This document shows, piece by piece, positions 61,762-64,000 of a stretch of DNA of 64,000 nt. The number at the start of each line of letters is the position of its first letter. Position 1 is the stretch's first letter. The notes below the pieces were generated by a model. It did no database searches. It was given only the letters and a program-made list of their open reading frames with translations, and was not told where the DNA came from. The DNA is from Candidatus Babeliales bacterium (GTDB lineage: Bacteria; Babelota; Babeliae; Babelales; Vermiphilaceae): the NCBI GenBank assembly GCA_963743635.1, contig CAVUQO010000002.1, positions 416,001-480,000 on the forward strand. Direction: 5' to 3'. A program made the translations under genes and the position numbers.

Positions 61762-62169
61762 ATGAAAAAGATAATAATGAGTATAATACTGGCTGCGGCA
61801 TACATGCCGTTGCATGGTATGTTTGATCTTGTTTTCAAACGAGTTGGTAATGCATCACAGCCCAGTCATGAGATTGAAAGATTTGTTCCCAAAGAAGGAG
61901 AACCAGGGAAATACGAAGGCCCAGTAGAGTTCTGCGAGTTTGATGTAATGCGGCCGATGATACTGAAAGTACAGGAAGGCGATGTTGTAAAAATATCTAC
62001 GCATGTACCGATATTTGATTTTTATGCAGGTGAGACTCATTGTTGGCGTGCAAGTAAATATATTAGGATAGAACCAAAAGTTAGGGACTGTGTTGTTTTA
62101 TTATCCGAAGATTCCATTACGATCGCCAGTCACGAATATATTTTACGCCTAAAGCAACGATTTCAGTAA
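61762..62169 (+). CDS. Secreted hypothetical protein
   Basis: Signal ending LHG|MFD; GGAAGG RBS. Confidence 0.72.
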   Translation: MKKIIMSIILAAAYMPLHGMFDLVFKRVGNASQPSHEIERFVPKEGEPGKYEGPVEFCEFDVMRPMILKVQEGDVVKISTHVPIFDFYAGETHCWRASKYIRIEPKVRDCVVLLSEDSITIASHEYILRLKQRFQ

Positions 62170-62178
62170 ATATAGCAT

Positions 62179-62226
62179 AAATAGAAACGCTCAACGGATT
62201 TCAACTCCCGTTGAGCGTTTCTATTT
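62179..62226. terminator. Hairpin built from two head-to-head family A left ends
   Basis: AAATAGAAACGCTCAACGG-loop-CCGTTGAGCGTTTCTATTT. Confidence 0.65.
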
Positions 62227-62291
62227 GGGGCCAACTCGATGTAAAGATGTATGCCGAAACTGAAGATAATATCTGAAAAAAGATAATTTTT

Positions 62292-62502
62292 CATTCCCGT
62301 TCGTGCTGAGTGTTTCGCTCCTTATGGAGCGAAATGTGGCGAAGCATAAGGGATAGAGAAATTTATTTTAGATATTGAAAATTATCTTGCTCCTAATGCT
62401 TCGCCACGTTATTCGTCCTTCGTCTCTTCGTCAAGCTCAGAGCTCAGGACTCATAACACTCAGCACGAACGGAGATGTATATTTTGTTTATAAGAAAGCA
62501 TT
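62292..62502. repeat. Family B composite element (empty for family A)
   Basis: Reverse complement of 37991-38400 without the family A insert. Confidence 0.8.
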
Positions 62503-62515
62503 TTCCATTGCTTTC

Positions 62516-63943
62516 TTAGTATGATGTATAACTATCAATCACCGCTTGCAGAGTAGGAGTATTTTGCTTGCAGGCGGTATACATAAGTCCGCTCAGGAGA
62601 TCAATCTGCTGGGGCGTGTATTGTAAATTAAATGTGCCAGTAAAATCCGCAGTCTGAGGATCCCAGCCATTATGATACGTTTGATTTGCTACGAGCGGAA
62701 AATACACAATAGTCGGTATTCCTGCGTACGGATTTCCGGGGTGCACTGAGCATACGTTACTCAAAAGCTGTGTGTTTATAGCGGGAAATGGCAACCGATT
62801 ATTTTCTGCATACGTTTGCATGAGCATCAATTCCAATGATCTATCAGGAGTTGCCGTAAGATCAACCACTATAATAATATCCACGTGGCGTAACGGATCT
62901 AAAACTGGTGGCAACGGGATATTGCATAACATGCCAGCATCAACAAAAGTTAACGTGTTAACTTGGTTGGCAACAGCGTTGTGCATTTTGTAGTTCCAGT
63001 TGGGTAACTGCGCAGGAAGTACGCGTACCGATGTAAGGTCATCCAGTACCACGTTTGTCTGTAGTGTATTATCGACAAAGCCCAACAGCGTCTGTTCAGA
63101 GCCAGTAACACTTTCTGCCATCGCTACCAATGCATCCTGAACATCGGCAGAAATTGCCGATCCCCATATGCCCTGGGCGTTACTCAATGATAAGGGATAA
63201 CTGGTGTATGATATGTTACCGTTGGTAAACTGCGATCCGAGCGAACTTAAGGGAATAGCCGTTTTTAAAAAGGGACAGCGCACATCAAATGGTGTCCACT
63301 CTACCCAGCGGTAGAGCTGTTTGTCGGCTGCTTGAAGCGGCGTAACGCAACTGTATATCGGTAAAGGCAGAGATGCGTTTTCTGGTAGAGTGACATAATT
63401 GTTGACCATGATCTGGGTAAGATCGTTTTTTGGGTTATATGATAAAACTTTTTGGGCAATTAAAGAGCCCCATATATCATCAAGTGAAATCGATTGATCA
63501 TCGCTCACTTTTTTCACAAGTTCTTTAATAATGAGATCCGTATTAACATTTCCCAGCAACCCCTCTTGTAGGCGAGGCTTAAGGGATGAGATATATGCAG
63601 AAACTGATGTGCCAGATTGTAGCCATCCGCTGAGCGCCCACGTTGAGCCCGAAAGGCCGCAGATATAACTCGTAAGATCTAAAAGTCCGCCTTCTTGCAT
63701 GGCTTGTAAAAAGCCTAACGTGCCTATCATTGCACGTAACCCGCCGCCCGATGCACAGACCGCAATTTTAGGAACGCGTTGAGTATAGTTTGTTGGCAGC
63801 GCATTTTGGATATACGAAAGCCGATTGGCGCTATAGGAAATCTCTTGCGGACTGAGTGATGTTAACGGAACCACTTGCTGTGCGCCGTACGCACATGCGC
63901 TCAAGAGTAAGAGCGTTAACAAAAAAACAGGACGAATGCTCAT
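62516..63943 (-). CDS. Secreted cPLA2/lysophospholipase (PLAc-type) phospholipase
   Basis: SGGGLRAM oxyanion loop, GLSGSTW nucleophile, WVEWTP, GIWGSA, VDAG..NIP.PP..R.VDIII. Confidence 0.88.
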   Translation of the reverse strand: MSIRPVFLLTLLLLSACAYGAQQVVPLTSLSPQEISYSANRLSYIQNALPTNYTQRVPKIAVCASGGGLRAMIGTLGFLQAMQEGGLLDLTSYICGLSGSTWALSGWLQSGTSVSAYISSLKPRLQEGLLGNVNTDLIIKELVKKVSDDQSISLDDIWGSLIAQKVLSYNPKNDLTQIMVNNYVTLPENASLPLPIYSCVTPLQAADKQLYRWVEWTPFDVRCPFLKTAIPLSSLGSQFTNGNISYTSYPLSLSNAQGIWGSAISADVQDALVAMAESVTGSEQTLLGFVDNTLQTNVVLDDLTSVRVLPAQLPNWNYKMHNAVANQVNTLTFVDAGMLCNIPLPPVLDPLRHVDIIIVVDLTATPDRSLELMLMQTYAENNRLPFPAINTQLLSNVCSVHPGNPYAGIPTIVYFPLVANQTYHNGWDPQTADFTGTFNLQYTPQQIDLLSGLMYTACKQNTPTLQAVIDSYTSY

Positions 63944-64000
63944 AGGATCACCTTTCTAACTATATACAGATCAGCTTCCGCCTTTACTTGGCGCGCCGTT

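Overview
Bacterial chromosomal window, most likely from an intracellular, protist-associated lineage such as Ca. Dependentiae (TM6/Babeliae). This is inferred from gene content and the many signal-peptide-bearing orphan, ankyrin and eukaryote-like proteins; no database search was run. Housekeeping genes include secD, pgsA, plsY, an ATP-dependent DNA ligase, rsmG, a MATE transporter, gatCA, dus, mreC, sppA and four tRNAs (Met, Val, Asn, Asp). Several genes are split by single-base frameshifts, probably assembly indels. The most notable structures are: (1) tandem cassette-like arrays of small secreted proteins whose promoter, RBS, signal peptide and/or terminator DNA is conserved while the mature protein diverges (4.2-6.2 kb, 19.3-22.8 kb, 24.6-26.3 kb); (2) at least 16 unrelated secreted ORFs whose signal peptide ends immediately before a Met (A|M); (3) a nested system of miniature palindromic elements, with a filled/empty site pair and a shared CGA^AG insertion point; (4) a serine-recombinase island whose gene runs into tRNA-Asp and which carries a repeated lipoprotein + small secreted protein module and a peptidase-primase chimera; (5) eukaryote-like candidate effectors (RING-H2, cPLA2-like lipase, LIR-motif protein, sulfotransferase).
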